Assembly: GCA_043228905.1 (NCBI GenBank)
Contig: JBHGNT010000017.1
Location: 13,082,001 to 13,146,000 of the forward strand
Direction: 5' to 3'
DNA from: Azolla caroliniana
Taxonomy: Eukaryota; Plantae; Polypodiophyta
DNA: 64,000 nucleotides
The notes beneath the pieces are model-generated. The model searched no databases. It was not told the DNA's origin and saw nothing but the letters and a program-made list of their open reading frames with translations. Shown in pieces: positions 36,658 through 50,090 of the stretch (its first letter is position 1; each line of letters begins with the position of its first letter). The position numbers and the translations under genes were made by a program.

Positions 36658-38206
36658 AGATCTCCCCCAATAGTAGCAGGTGTATTATTACTGATGCATG
36701 ATGGAAAAAAACCATGGAACTGATTTCAAACTAGGTTTTGACGATTTGTCAATTATTGTGGGCCTTAGTCAACCAAGTTTAGCTCTGGGTATTCATACAT
36801 AACAAGTTTTCTTGTATCCTACATTCATTTTTTCAAATGTTCCCTAATCCATGGTAAGGGTATAAACTGATGAAGAGGCACACATGGATAGTGTGGTGTA
36901 TTGAAGTTGGCCGAAGATTTAAAGCAAGGATGCAGATAGTGAAAATTCTTGCTGGAAGACATGCAGGCTCAGATACATAGAGGTTATGCCTATGTTCTAT
37001 GTGCGGAAAGGAAGGGTTCTCAATTCGGTGGGTACCATGAGCCTCTATTCTTGATTGTATGTAATATGATGCGTTTAGCCTTTTTGTCAAAATTTTGACC
37101 AATATTTTCACGATTAACTTTTTGTTTTACATTTGGAAATTTCAAAAAATTTAATGTCATTACATTTAAAAATAATTCCCATGTAGAATCTTTTTCTTTG
37201 AATTTTTATTTTTTGCCGTCAAAATGAACAGTCTGTAGGTTATCATAGTTATTCATGATCCCTCGTTTACATCAAGATTGCACACTAACTTCCTTAACTA
37301 CAAGCCTTTTGGTTATAATGCAAATTCTGTCTATCTAGTTAATGTATTCTTATCTGATGTTTTTGTGTCCCTGTATCATGCATTGTCCTATTTTATGTTA
37401 ATCCATCTTGCATAGAATTATTTCAAGTTATATCAAACTACATTTCAAAAATTCTTAGTGATCCCGTTTAGAATTGTGTAATAGATGTTGCTCTTAGGAA
37501 CCCATTGTTGGTTATGACAATTGACTACTCAATATGTCTACGATTGAATTATTCAGAAAATATGTTCTCCACCTTGCAAGGCATTGATTAAACTTATTCC
37601 ACCATGACTTGCAGTCAAGTTTAAAGTGTTAAATAAACAATAATCGATCAACTCTTTGCCTAATTCTGGTTCATTACAAGGAATTTTCTGAGGAGCTCAA
37701 TGTTCTCTCAATGCTTCATTAGAATTATGTTTTGAAGATATTTACAATTCAAGGTATTCAGTTTTATTAGGATGGACGATAATCTTGATGCTCCTCGAGT
37801 TGGCATTGTTGGGTAGTGCTATGCATTTTCAATGGTTTCAGTGAGCAAGTATGTACTTAAGAAGCATGAATGACTGAGACAGCTCAGAGAGCTTGCCAAT
37901 AGCCTCCATTTATTGTAGTCAGCTTCAACACGTACTATCTATTTTGTTGCGAGGATCATATAATGATGTGAACTTAATGGGGTGCAACCAGTGGTCTTTG
38001 AAAGATAATGAGAAATACATTGACACAATCTACTGAGCTTTGATGTGGAAATCTCAGGTGAAACAATTGCTAGTTGAAATCCCACTACTGTTGGGTGACT
38101 TGGACCAAGCCTTACACAAGAACTGTCCTCTTGAAACATGTCAATTTCTCTACATTCAGTATTTGAGTATAAGATAAAATATCAAGGCACTTATGACCTG
38201 AGCTCA

Positions 38207-38352
38207 TTTTTACAGCTTTTAACCAAGAGAGGGCATCAACACATCTTGACCTAATTTTTAAGGCTTTTAACCAAGAGAGAGGGGCATCAACACATCTTGA
38301 GCTAATTTTTAAGGCTTTTAACCAAGAGAGAGGGGCATCAACACATCTTGAC
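38207..38352. repeat. Tandem repeat, three units of ~45-48 bp
   Basis: TTTTAAGGCTTTTAACCAAGAGAGAGGGGCATCAACACATCTTGA repeated three times. Confidence 0.9.
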
Positions 38353-38920
38353 TTGGCTCCCATTGCAACCGTATGCATATTTGAAGTGCTGCATGTGCAA
38401 ACATATGAGAAAGATGAATCTTTAACTGTAAGTTTATGAAGTGTTGACATCTGAAAAAGTAAATATCCAACATTGGGCTTATTTCATTCTCTACTTTCCA
38501 TAATATGCAAACTTGGGTATGAGGAGAGTCCAAGGTGACATCAATTTACAGGGGATATATTATCAGAGACCATAATCCTTGTAATATATCATCACATAAA
38601 ACATTTAAGAAAAAATGTGCTAAGCAATGACATACTCCAAAAAGTGAAGCAACAAAATTGTTATATTTAAAGATGCGGGGAAGAGTGACATATTTCTTTC
38701 TTAGATGCCACCAGAACTTCAATTACGAAAAAGAAAAACAGACTCACGTCTTTTTCTTTGGCCAATAAGGCTGGATGCTCATCAAAACCCTGATGCTGTC
38801 CAGCAAATTAATTAAATTTGTGCTTTGATTTTTCTATCTATCAACATCTTTCATTAATTCTTGCAAGAACTCTAAATATAGTAAAATCTGCCACTCTCCA
38901 ACTGCAAATAGAAAACCTCT

Positions 38921-41900
38921 TCAGGATGGTTGTGGTTGTACCACTGTCGCTGGTTTTTTCTCCTTTTTATCTTTTTTTTCTCGCTTCTTTAGTGCACTCA
39001 TATGAGCTTTCAAGACTGTTGCATATGCCATCTGAAATCGATGATGATCCTTTGCAGATAACTGCCAATAGAAATCATATTCAATGTTATTATTCCTTCT
39101 GAATAACAATCGGCAACGGTTCGGTTTGAACCGAACTGAACCGTGGTTTAACAGCTTAATGGTTTCAACGGTTCGGTTCGGTTTCAACAGTAAAAAACCA
39201 CGGTTTAAATGGTTTAACGGTTTCTATTTTTTAATTTTTTTACTTTTTTAAAAAAAAGTAAAAAATTATAAAAAAATTTAAAAAATTATTTTTTAACAAT
39301 CTTTTCATTTTTCACCTTATTCTCACATTTTAGGAACATCTTAAAAATTTTAAAAATTCTAAATAATAAAATATTATAAATTTAAAAAAAATTAAAAATT
39401 TGACCTATGTTGAAAACCGAAACCGAACCACGAAACCGCGGGTTTTACGGTTTGAAAAATGTTTAACGGTTTGGTTCGATTTGAACCGAACCGAACCGAA
39501 CCGTTGCCGATTGTTACTTCTGAATGTGCACACAATATTTCTTGCTTTTTCCTTGTTTATTTTGTTGGGGGTAGGGACAGCAGTATTCTTCATAATGAAA
39601 TATAATGTGAGAAGAAAATACCATCGTACTGATATTTTTTTTCCCATCAGTTGCTCTAACAATGCATCGAAACTCGAGAGGTTCGTTCTCCAGTATTTTT
39701 GTGCCCTTCCTTTTTTTCTTCCAATCCAGATGTACTAAGATAGAAAAGAGAGATGACGATTCTTTTTAAGGTTTAAAGATCTGGTATTCTACATCGAATA
39801 CTTTTCTCTATAGTCAGCCCAATACACATACACATACACACACATAAATATGAATATGTATACAAACACACACAGGCATATGACCATAATATTCTTGGCT
39901 TATCAATTTATTAGATATGTTTACCAACTTCTTAAAAACAATATGCATAAGACTTCTGGTAGACTGGAAAGCACACATACCACGCTTCATGGTAACCCAC
40001 ACCGTGCCTTTTTCCCTTTGATTCTCATAGAACTTAGTGAGCTCATTCAAAAAAGGATCTGGGTCCATTCGAACCTACAGCAGAATTATATATTTAGCAA
40101 AACAAAATAGCGCTAAAAATTCTAATACTCCTCCAAATGTTGGATGAATGAGCTTCATGACATATATTTCATACTGTCCGATCTAAAATGCTTCTATTCT
40201 ATGGAATAATTTACTCTGTACATTTTTGTCACTGGATTAGAAGGAAACTACCGAAAATACAAATATACAAATCAATGTTTTTCTTATCTAACCATACCTC
40301 AGCAGGAAACTCGATCAAACATTCATGAGAAACCCCATAAGCAGTCAGCTTATGTTAGGAAAGAATACCAAGATCATGTTAGAAATATTGAGAATCGATT
40401 AGATTGGCATATAGAGTTACAATCACAGAGGTGTATATATGAAACAAACTTTCTATTACATATGAGAGTAGCTTGCAATGGTAGTTCACCCATGCGCTCA
40501 CACCTTAGAGCTTAGATGGGATCTGGATCAGCCGACTAAAAAATTAGTGGGGACAGATAATAGACACAGCCATTGTGTAAGAGATAAAGAGAGTGGATTA
40601 TATTCTCTGTTTCGTCTCAGTGTCATATTAAATGTGCAAGTCAATTGATACTGAGATATTCCTTTCCTATCAACTGACTTGTCATTTAATATGACCCAGC
40701 TCCCTAGATACAAGCTAGTGCTAGATAGTACTTATTTTAAAGCATAGTTCCTAATATTCGCGTATGTCCAATTTGGTGGATGTACGCGAACGTTTGCATA
40801 CATTCGCGTATGATACGCGGCATTCGTTTGGATTTTTTTTAGTTTTTTTTTTCTGATATTCATAATTTGTTGTGAACAGATGTGACGTCTTATACACACC
40901 CTCTCTCTCTCACACGAGAACTGACAGATCTTCTCTCTCCACAGAATCCAGTACACACACTCAAGGACTGGTAGAGCTTCTTTCTCCCTCACACAGACAA
41001 AACCCTTAGCTCCTCTCTCTCTCTCTCTAGACATACACTCAACCACTGTCTCCTCACACATGCAAAACATGGCTTCTCTCTCTAGACCACACACACACAC
41101 ACACTCTCTCTCTCTCACACACACACAATGTAGTATGTACACCGTATGTATATATGATTATATCTATGTACCGCGTATGGATTTCAATCATACTCGGAGC
41201 CTTTTCACGTATGAGTATGATACGAATATTGGCATATGAGTATGGCACGAATGGGACATATGGCTAGAACTATGTTTTAAAGTCAATGGCACATGCTTCA
41301 AGACTAAGTACATTGTAACTTGCCCACAGAATATTCTTTTAGTCGACTTGAATAGTCAATCCTATTACCCTACTTCCCTCTTTCCTAAATACATTCTGTC
41401 CTACTCATCTATGGTTTCCTACATTGACACCTTATCGACCCATATGGTTGGGTTGCACAATAGCTACTCATTTGGGGCATTATCACAAATTGTGCACTCT
41501 AAAGAGTACGTGTGGAGATAAATTGACAACTTGGGGTTGATCATTGATTATATCTAACAAATCATGGCATATAACATAAGGCAATTGCAAAAGGTATGGG
41601 AGATAACATACAAGATATGAGCAATCAGAAGAAGTATGAACACAGACTAGAGTTACATTCAATAAGGACATTCATGATTCAATTACATAATAATGTTGTC
41701 ATTGAGAGGACTTATTTGTTTTCTTTTTTATGACATTAATTAATAATTATTTCATTTCATTGCTTGCTCCCCAAAACTCTCGAAACTAAACTAGTCAATA
41801 CTACATTGCATATCTTGGAATGGTAGGTAACAAGTTGTTCCTAGATTAGAGGAGCCAAGGTCTTCAGGTACCAGGATCAACATGTGGTTGTTCAAATTAA

Positions 41901-44158
41901 CATTGTGTTTTAATATGTGTACTCTCGAAACTAAACTAGTCAATACCACATTGCATATCTTGGAATGGCAGGTAACCAATTGTTCCTAGATTAATGGAGC
42001 CAAGGACTTCAGGCACCAGGATCAGCATGTGGTTGTTCAAATTAACATTGTGTTTCAACATGTGTAGAGGACTACACATACAGTTCTATTTTTTGCTCTA
42101 TAAGACCATTAGGAATCGACAACAGTTCAGTTTCGGCTTAACCAGTGTGACCTTGTCCAAAACAAACCAGTTATGGCTTAACCAGTTAGGAAGTTTTCAA
42201 ACTTGAACCGAACTGATCCCTAAATTGGTTTGGACAACCTGTTTAAGCCTTAAACAGTTTAGGAACCAGTTTGGCCCTAATTAGTTCAGTTCGGCTTGAG
42301 CCTTGCAAAACCGAGCTCAAACCGGTTAAGGAATCTCAAGTCTGAACTGAGAAGAACTGAATCGCCAACCAGTTTAACGGCTTGGTTCAGGCTTATCCAT
42401 GCCACTGCTGACTCCTAAAGACCACTTTAGGTTAGGCCATCCTTGAGGACATGACACACATTAGCAAGCCTTACCTTTTTCAAACAACCATCCTTTCATG
42501 GTAACACAAAATTCAGCTTAACTGTTGATGGTGCGTCGTTCTATAATGGCTTTGCAGGCTTGACAGCTTATTTGTATTCCTTTCCACCATGCTCAATGGA
42601 AAGTATGTTGGATGTTGTAAATACTGATTTTAATTGTCAAATGAGGCTTAAACAGCTGGCTTTCTTTATGTTTTTTCGGCTCTATTGTATTGTATCCTCT
42701 TAAGTTAATTATCAATAAAGAAAAAAAAAAGATGCTCTTTGTTGGGGCCGACAAGGTTTCACTTGTTTGGGTGAAGTCAACCTTCTTGGATGCTAAATTG
42801 AACCCAAGAGAATTTAAAATTTTAAGAAGATAATTTCCAGTGGTGAAAATCGAGCTAAATTAGTGGTTCAACTGATATTGTACCCCTCCCAAGAAGCTCC
42901 ACGGGGCTATTTCATGGTTTCATAGATCAGATTCTATCATTTTTTTCTTCAAAAAGAGACAGTGGGTTATTTGTGGTGGTGGAAGTATCAAAACCAAAAG
43001 AAGTCACTATTGTTGAATAAAAAACGTATTCCTATCTATTTACTTTCATAAATACTATAACTGCAGTCCTTGTGAAAGAAACTGAATTCCTCAGGCCCTA
43101 TTTCACAAAGACAAATCACCTGACCAACAACAGCTAGAATGAATTTTCTTTTATTCATTATAGCGTTAGCATTTTTCAACATTATAGCAGCTCTAGACTC
43201 TATTCAGGTTACTTGAGTACTAACAGATTGAAATTGCTTATGGTAGAGAGAACTGGACACTTATCAACGTTCTTCTACATGGTAACATTTAATAAATAGA
43301 TGTGTAGAAGATTTGTGAGCTTCTCTCAAGAGACATTAACACCACAGTATGGAACGAGCATCCTACTTGAATTCATGACTCATGAGGATGAGGACCAAAG
43401 TCCCATATTTTCTCAGCCTCAAGAATGAGACCATAGTGGAGGACAACACCAAGATAATATGCATCCTAATATTGGAATACATGATGAGAACTAATTTAGG
43501 ACTTCAATATTTATATTAGGTATGATGATAGCATGACTAAGAAGGCGACACATTTCTAGAAGGCTATCAATGTCTGGACAAAGGAGATGCCCCGTTAAGG
43601 GAGGTTAAAACCTTCCACAAAGTGAAACACCAAAGTAAGTTGCAATCTTATAGAAGCAACAATAACATTACATTCTAGAATTCGAAGGATGTTGCACCAT
43701 TGAAAATGTTCTAGAACTTAGACATAATATAATAATTCTTCTTCTAGAATCTTTTCATGAAACATTAGAAATTTCTAGAAAGTCAAAGATCAAATAACGT
43801 TAGAATGTTCTAGAAGCTTTCCATACCATCATCATTCTCCTACTACAGTCTTTTCGGTTGGTGACGCAAAAAATAGACTATGTATTTAAGATATTCAATT
43901 CGCCAATAGCCATGAATGAATTGACAAGCGTTAGCACAACAATGTCCTGGAGATCAATGGAAATTTGCCCTCTTTTTTAATTCAAGAAACAATTATTCTT
44001 AGCAGTGTGCAACCTGGTGATATGATATTTTATCTATCAGACAGAAATTTAATAACCAAGTCTTGCATTAAGATCACCGCCATATATCTAAGAAATAAAT
44101 AAAAGATGTTTTATTACATGTAAAACAAGAAGACTAATTGGTTTCTGAAAAATACCAT
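38921..44158 (-). CDS. SRP14: Signal recognition particle 14 kDa protein, 116 aa
   Basis: Exons 44158-44156 (ATG only), 40074-39981, 39734-39622, 39061-38921, GT-AG and in phase: MVRMDPDPFLNELTKFYE...GTVWVTMKR...FRCIVRATDGKKNIST...HRFQMAYATVLKAHMSALKKREKK. The ATG exon (44198-44156) and an upstream UTR exon ending at 44855 are inferred from splice signals and are less certain. Confidence 0.9.
39104..39516. mobile_element. hAT-type MITE in the last coding intron of SRP14
   Basis: TIR TAACAATCGGCAACGGTTCGGTT / AACCGAACCGTTGCCGATTGTTA; perfect 8-bp TSD CTTCTGAA; AACCG subterminal repeats; AT-rich core. Confidence 0.93.
40743..41274. mobile_element. hAT-type MITE in SRP14 intron
   Basis: TIR CATAGTTC / GAACTATG; perfect 8-bp TSD TTTTAAAG; CGTAT-type subterminal repeats. 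Confidence 0.88.
41778..42065. repeat. Tandem duplication, 2 x ~145 bp
   Basis: CTCTCGAAACTAAACTAGTCAATA...TTAACATTGTGTTT occurs twice head to tail. Confidence 0.9.
42110..42417. mobile_element. hAT-type MITE in SRP14 intron
   Basis: Imperfect TIR TAGGAATCGACA / TGCTGACTCCTA; 8-bp TSD AAGACCAT/AAGACCAC (1 mismatch). Confidence 0.8.
43301..43847. mobile_element. Possible old solo LTR
   Basis: TGT(GT)AG...CTACA ends and repeated TTCTAGAA motifs; no TSD found. Confidence 0.3.
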
Positions 44159-44974
44159 GGTTGTTGTATTACTTCGACTTTCTCAGTCTGATCAGGATCT
44201 GTAGTCGAACATCGTAAAAAAAACAGTAAACTGTAAAAGGTATTTCCAGCTTTATGGATATAAGCAGAACTAAAGAAAAATCACAATTTTTGTTTTTCAA
44301 CGTGCTTGCTAGCATATGCAAAGTGTGCTTCTTTCTATTCCTTTTTATCTGTAAATTCTCCCTGAATTCCTGTTTAACTAAACAACTCAAACTGGACATG
44401 GACAAGGATGCGAAAAATCTATATAGGTATTCATGTCATCCTCCGTTTTGGTCTGATTTTTGTCAAACTAAATGATTCAACCTGGATTTGAGTGAAGATC
44501 CATGAGAATCTCCATTAGATTTTTCTTTTAGCTAGAACACATCAACTTGGACACATCTAAATATGCAAAAAATTGTTCATGAGATTTCTCAACTTTTTGT
44601 TTAACTAGCTGGATATATTGAAGTACGCATAAATTCTACATAGATACTCATGAAATTCCTCGACATTGGTCTATTTCCTGTTTAAACTAAATACCCTAAC
44701 CTAGACATGATTAAGGATACATCCGAATCTACACAGTTTCTCATGAAAAATCCTCCATTTAGGGAGACAAGGGAAGTTAAATTAAAGCAAAGAAAAAATA
44801 ATTGTCGATGCAAAGTTCGAATGAGAAGTGAAGTGGTTCTTGAGAGAAAAATACCTGGTTGCAGAAGACGGAGAAGGTGAGGAGATAGTCAAGCCTCACT
44901 GAGTGTGTTTTCCTTCTGTCTTCTCTGGGATCGCAGATTCTTCACTCAGCGAGAGAGCTGCATCTCCTCTAAAT

Positions 44975-45023
<49 letters not shown>

Positions 45024-45879
45024 CATGCGTTCGAGCCCATGAATGGCATCTAGAGAATTAAGAAAAATATATGCATGAAGTAATAATAGAGAGGTGAGAA
45101 AGTTTGGTTTTGAACCCAAGTCTCCACTAGGGTAAAAAGCTAATTAGAGAGAGAGAGAGAGAGAGAGAGGCAATGCGAAGGACGCCTTCTTAATTAACGC
45201 AAAGGATGATGTCTCTTTCTTGCCTGATGTGGTGCAATGTCATTGGCCACGCCAAGATACGAGAACCGTATTTTAGCTCGAACCCTTTCATGAATGACAG
45301 ATTGCATTCGAACAAGGGACATCAAATATGCGCGCTCCTCAGCTCCTGGGAATTCTTATGAACTTAACCATAACTTATCACACATTGTCAATAGTTTTCT
45401 CGTAGTTCTCTACACACTAGGATAAGAGTGTGAGGGTATATTGCGAATGAAAACAAGGGGTGTTTTCTTTTAATGCTATGAGTTGGGGCAACCTTTAACT
45501 TCTTTGGGAAGACGTTTAGAACTTCAGTCCGTCTCAGTTCATTTGCTAAAAGGTGGCGGACTGAATCAATGCCCTTCATTCTCTTTTTGTTCTTTTATTT
45601 ATTTATTTCTATTTCCTTTATAGGAATCACCTAGCAATTAGAAGCAAATGCATATCTATGAAGCCTTGAGAGGATGTGGTACGAGCATTACCATAATAGT
45701 TATAGTTCTCTAACATTAATTGAGTAGGTGTGGGCTAATCTATGAGGAATGAAGGGTAAGGATTGAGTTATTCTCAGTCCTATGGTAGGAGATAACTTCT
45801 AAGTATTTAATCACTAGACCATTTATAATAAAGTAGTCAAGTGTGAAACAGACAAATGGTCAAGGAGCAACAGTTTCTT

Positions 45880-46240
45880 GTGTTTGATTGTTTTATTTGT
45901 TTTTTCCTAATAATGGAGAAAGTTGAAACTAATCAAATGCATCTTCTTGATCCAATAGTTAAGGAACTTGAGAGCTTCAATATGCTTTGTTTCTCTCTTC
46001 TTCTTTTACTTTTTTCCATTACCATATTTTCTCTCTTTTAAATGTATGAGTTAAAGGGTTTTTTTTTTTTGTGTTTGCTTGTTCTATTTGTTTTGTTGTA
46101 ATAATGGAGCAACTAATGAAATGCATCTTCTTGATCCAACACGTAAGCAACTCGAGAACTTCAATATTCTGTGTTTCTCCCTTTTACTTTTTTCCATTAC
46201 CATATTTTCTCTCTTTTAAATTGATGAGTTAAATGTGTTT
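45880..46240. repeat. Tandem duplication, 2 x ~190 bp
   Basis: ATAATGGAG...ATGCATCTTCTTGATCCAA...CCATTACCATATTTTCTCTCTTTT...GAGTTAAA occurs twice. Confidence 0.8.
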
Positions 46241-49200
46241 TTTCCCTCCTCTCATATGTTTTAATTGGGCTTGTCCTACATGAAAATACAATGTTTCATG
46301 CGTGGGTGTGCTAATGTGGCATCGCATGTATGTTATGTGATGGACACGAATGAGGGTGTTCATAACGTGGGTGATCAACAATAACGTGGCGCCCATGTTT
46401 AGGGTTTCATTGTGATGGTGACCACCTTAAAAATACGTTAAGGAATATGTTCCTATAGCCATATGCTAAATTTTTGCATATTTCTAGCCCCTTACATCCT
46501 CTACCCTCTCATTGTGGAAGTTTTTTTATTGTAGTCATTAGCTCTTGCAACCTAGCAATAGTGACTGCTTGTAGAGTAATGCTACAATCTTCCTAACATT
46601 GCAATGTATGTTGCTGCATAACAACATCTTAGCGTTATAGTCATTGTAGCACTATAGACATGGCTAGCGATGACATACCCGTCACTATCACTGCCATTGC
46701 CAAACTCACATGGAGAACGATTGTAGGCTGCCTAAAACATACACCTAAAAATAATATTTTAAAGAATAATTAACCAAAACCCTCATTGGTAGAAAATACA
46801 TCAACGACATATTGGCATGGCATGTACCGATAAATCTACCACCACACCACTGTGACACCTACCATGACTCGCATGTGATGTTGTTGTAACCCATGGTCGT
46901 CCACACAAGGGGCTATGTATGTGCCGTTAGAGTGCACATGTGTCTTAATCATTCATGGCAAAAAATTATAGTTATCTCTATATATAGATGTATATGGTGC
47001 ATTTTCCCACCATCAAATATATTGATAGTGTTGTTTACCCTTTCGAATCGAATATTTGGTGTGTGTATTATTTCAAGGTGCACACCATTGACAACACGTC
47101 CATTGATCGATGGAGTTATACTCCACACTGGTGTTGTGAGCCAAGGGATTATGGACGCCGTTGTAGAGGAAATCCTCGTGTGTTCACGAAATGAAGCGGT
47201 ACCGTCAGGGTTGTGGACCGGAAGGACTCGATGCTTTATTAGCGTAAGCGAGAAAGCATTGAAGATAGATAGATAGAGAGACGAAGATTCCAATTCAATT
47301 TTGAGAGACAAGACACCTTACTTTATATTAGTTCTTGATTCCATACATAGCTCTCCCTTACACAAGCCCAAGTAGAGGCTTTTATAGGTCTCTCCATGCA
47401 AAAACCATGGGCTAAACCATGGTTTTGTGCACAGGGTTTTATACGTTTGTTTCCTATGGAATACTGAATATGACAAGAAAATATTTTTTGCAAAATCTAA
47501 AGCACTCAGTAGTAGCTTTAGTGGTAAGTCAATTGTCTCCCACCTTGGAGGTGTAAGTTTCAAACCTTGCTTGCACCTCTCTATATGCACTCCAAGTGTT
47601 ACTAGGCTTTAGTATTATTTTTATATTTACAAGTGTTTGAGAAATGTGTGTATGTTTAACCGTACATCTAGCCTTCCTTTTACAATTCTCATTTCAGTCC
47701 TATTTACAACATGCTAGTGTACAGGTGTGACCATCACCCCTTCCACACGTTGTCGTGAAAATTTTCGGCAATGGTGTGAAAATCGCGTGGAATCAAGAAG
47801 GTGTAATGTGCACATGAATGAAAGGGGTGATGGTTACACTCATATTGTAAATATAAATGTAATGAGAACACCTAAAGCCTATTTGCATTTTCAAAGCATA
47901 CAGAGGGGTGCAAGTATTGAACCTTGCACCTCCAAGATAGAAGACAACTGACTTACCATTAGGCTAAGTTATTTCTTTAGATCATCATTATGTTTTTCAC
48001 ATGTGAATGATCATAGATGAGATCTTGGATGAGGTGCATGGTCATCATGCATCACATGTGATGCATGAGTGCCAAATGGCAATCATGCATTGCATGCATT
48101 TCATGCATTGTATGCATGTCTTACACCCTCACATGCACATATGCATGGGAGCATCTATATAAGGAGGAATCAATCTATGAATCAAGGAGGCTACGTATCA
48201 AGCAAGCTATGGATTAAATCAAGATATTTTAATAAGAAAACCTAGTTACCTTATTGGTGATTGTGTCTTGTTTCTCTAAATTAAAGTAAAGGGTTCAAAC
48301 GTAGAATTGGAATTTCAATCCGTCTATCTATCTATCTTAAACACTTCCTCAATTTTTGTTTCTCTCTCTCTTTCACACTCTCAACCACATTAGTGTGTTA
48401 CTTCAACTGCCTACACGTCTGAAATCCACCGCACCGTTGAGTCAGGTTCGGGCGCGTCTTCGACAACAAAGGATGACTCGACGATAAACCTAAATGGCCA
48501 ATTTCTTACAGGCACAACTCACCCGATTCGTTCTCCCCAGTCAAAGACCTTGGTGGTCCCGTTTGATCGACCCGTAGGCGCGGAAATCGCATCGTCAATC
48601 CTCCATAACCACTAGCGGATAGAGGCCTGATGCTTGTCTACGCTTGTGACACACACATCCCGACGTTTGGCATGTGTGTCACTCGCCACATGTCATCGAT
48701 TTGGTGAACCCGACGTGAACAACACAAGGTGGTAATGGGGGCATCACGAATGATGGATGTGATCTTGGATGCATACGACTTAGAGGAGTCGATAAGAATA
48801 GAAGGTGGTCCGAGGCTCATGATGCTTCCATTTGTAAGGAAGGCCATCGAAATGATGTTTCATGATATACATATGCTAGAAGAAGATATGAGGAAATGGG
48901 ATGATGTTTTGGTTGTTGAATCAGGCTAGTATAAGAAGATTTTAGTGGTATGAGGCAGATTTCGTGTGATAATCAGAGACATCGACATGGTGGATGTGGA
49001 TAGGTTGAAATAGGTTTAAGTTGTTTTGTGATTAGGATGACTGATGTTGGTGGGGGTTGTCGAAGATTACTAGGAGAAGGTGAGGATTTCTGTTTGTTTT
49101 CTACTCGTTTGTTGGTTGTTAGTGTAACAGGATTGTCGAATCGGAGATAGTGAGATGGTAGATGGGGACATGACGAAGCCTTTTTTCTGTTTTTTGTGGT

Positions 49201-49429
49201 TAGGATGAGTGATGTTGGAGTGGGGGCTGAAGCAGATTATTATGAGAAGGTGAGGAATGGTTTTCGCTCATTTTTTGTTGTGATTACAGGGCCGCGTTAA
49301 TCGGTGAGATGGAATAGGGGAAGCAAGATACCCCAGATATGGGCTGACTTAAGACATATATTATGGTTCTCATAGGTTGCGGGATGATGGCAGTGGGATT
49401 TGAAGCAACTTTGTCATGGTGTGAGGATG

Positions 49430-50090
49430 AGTGGTGTTGGTGCGAGGGCTGAAGTAGATCAGGAGGGGAGAGGAATCATTGTTCACTTATTTTGTTGTTA
49501 ATTACACAGGATATTGGCGGTACTCGGCGAGATGGTGGATGTGGATTGATTGAAGCAATTTGTTTGTTTTTAGGAGTGATGATGGTGGGGGGGACAGAAG
49601 AAAATCATGAGGGGATGAGGAACCATTATTCACTTGTTTTTGTTGTTATTTGTATAGGTCAGAGGTGGTATTCGGCGAGATGGTGGATGTGGTTTGATTG
49701 AAGCAATTTATCTGTTTTTAGGAGTGACGATGGTGTGGGGGAACGAAGCAAATCATGAGGGAATGAGGAACAATTTCTCATTTTTGTTGATTCATTGCAC
49801 AGGACATTGGTGGTATTCGGCGAGATGGTGGATGTGGACTAAAGGAAGCAATGTGTCTGTTTTAGGAGTGATGATGGTGGGGGGGATCGAAGTAGCTCAT
49901 GAGGGGATGAGGAATTTTTTACTTATTTTGTTGTTAATTCCACAGGACATTGGTGGCATTCGGCAAGATGGTGGAGGTGGATTGAATGAAGCAATTTGGT
50001 TGTTTTTAGGAGTGATGATGGTGAGGGGGCCGAAGCACATCATGAAGGGAGAGTGAATAAGTTGTGGGGATCGAAGCAAATGGGGTGAGA
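49430..50090 (+). repeat. G/T-rich tandem repeat, ~145-bp unit, about 4.5 copies
   Basis: GAAGCAAT..TGTTTTTAGGAGTGATGATGGTG recurs at ~49552, 49700, 49846 and 49988, with more diverged copies back to ~49000. Confidence 0.85.

Noticed and set aside
38207-38352. CRISPR-like appearance of short repeats (also 49430-50090)
   Set aside because: Head-to-tail tandem units without unique spacers, no cas genes, eukaryotic context.
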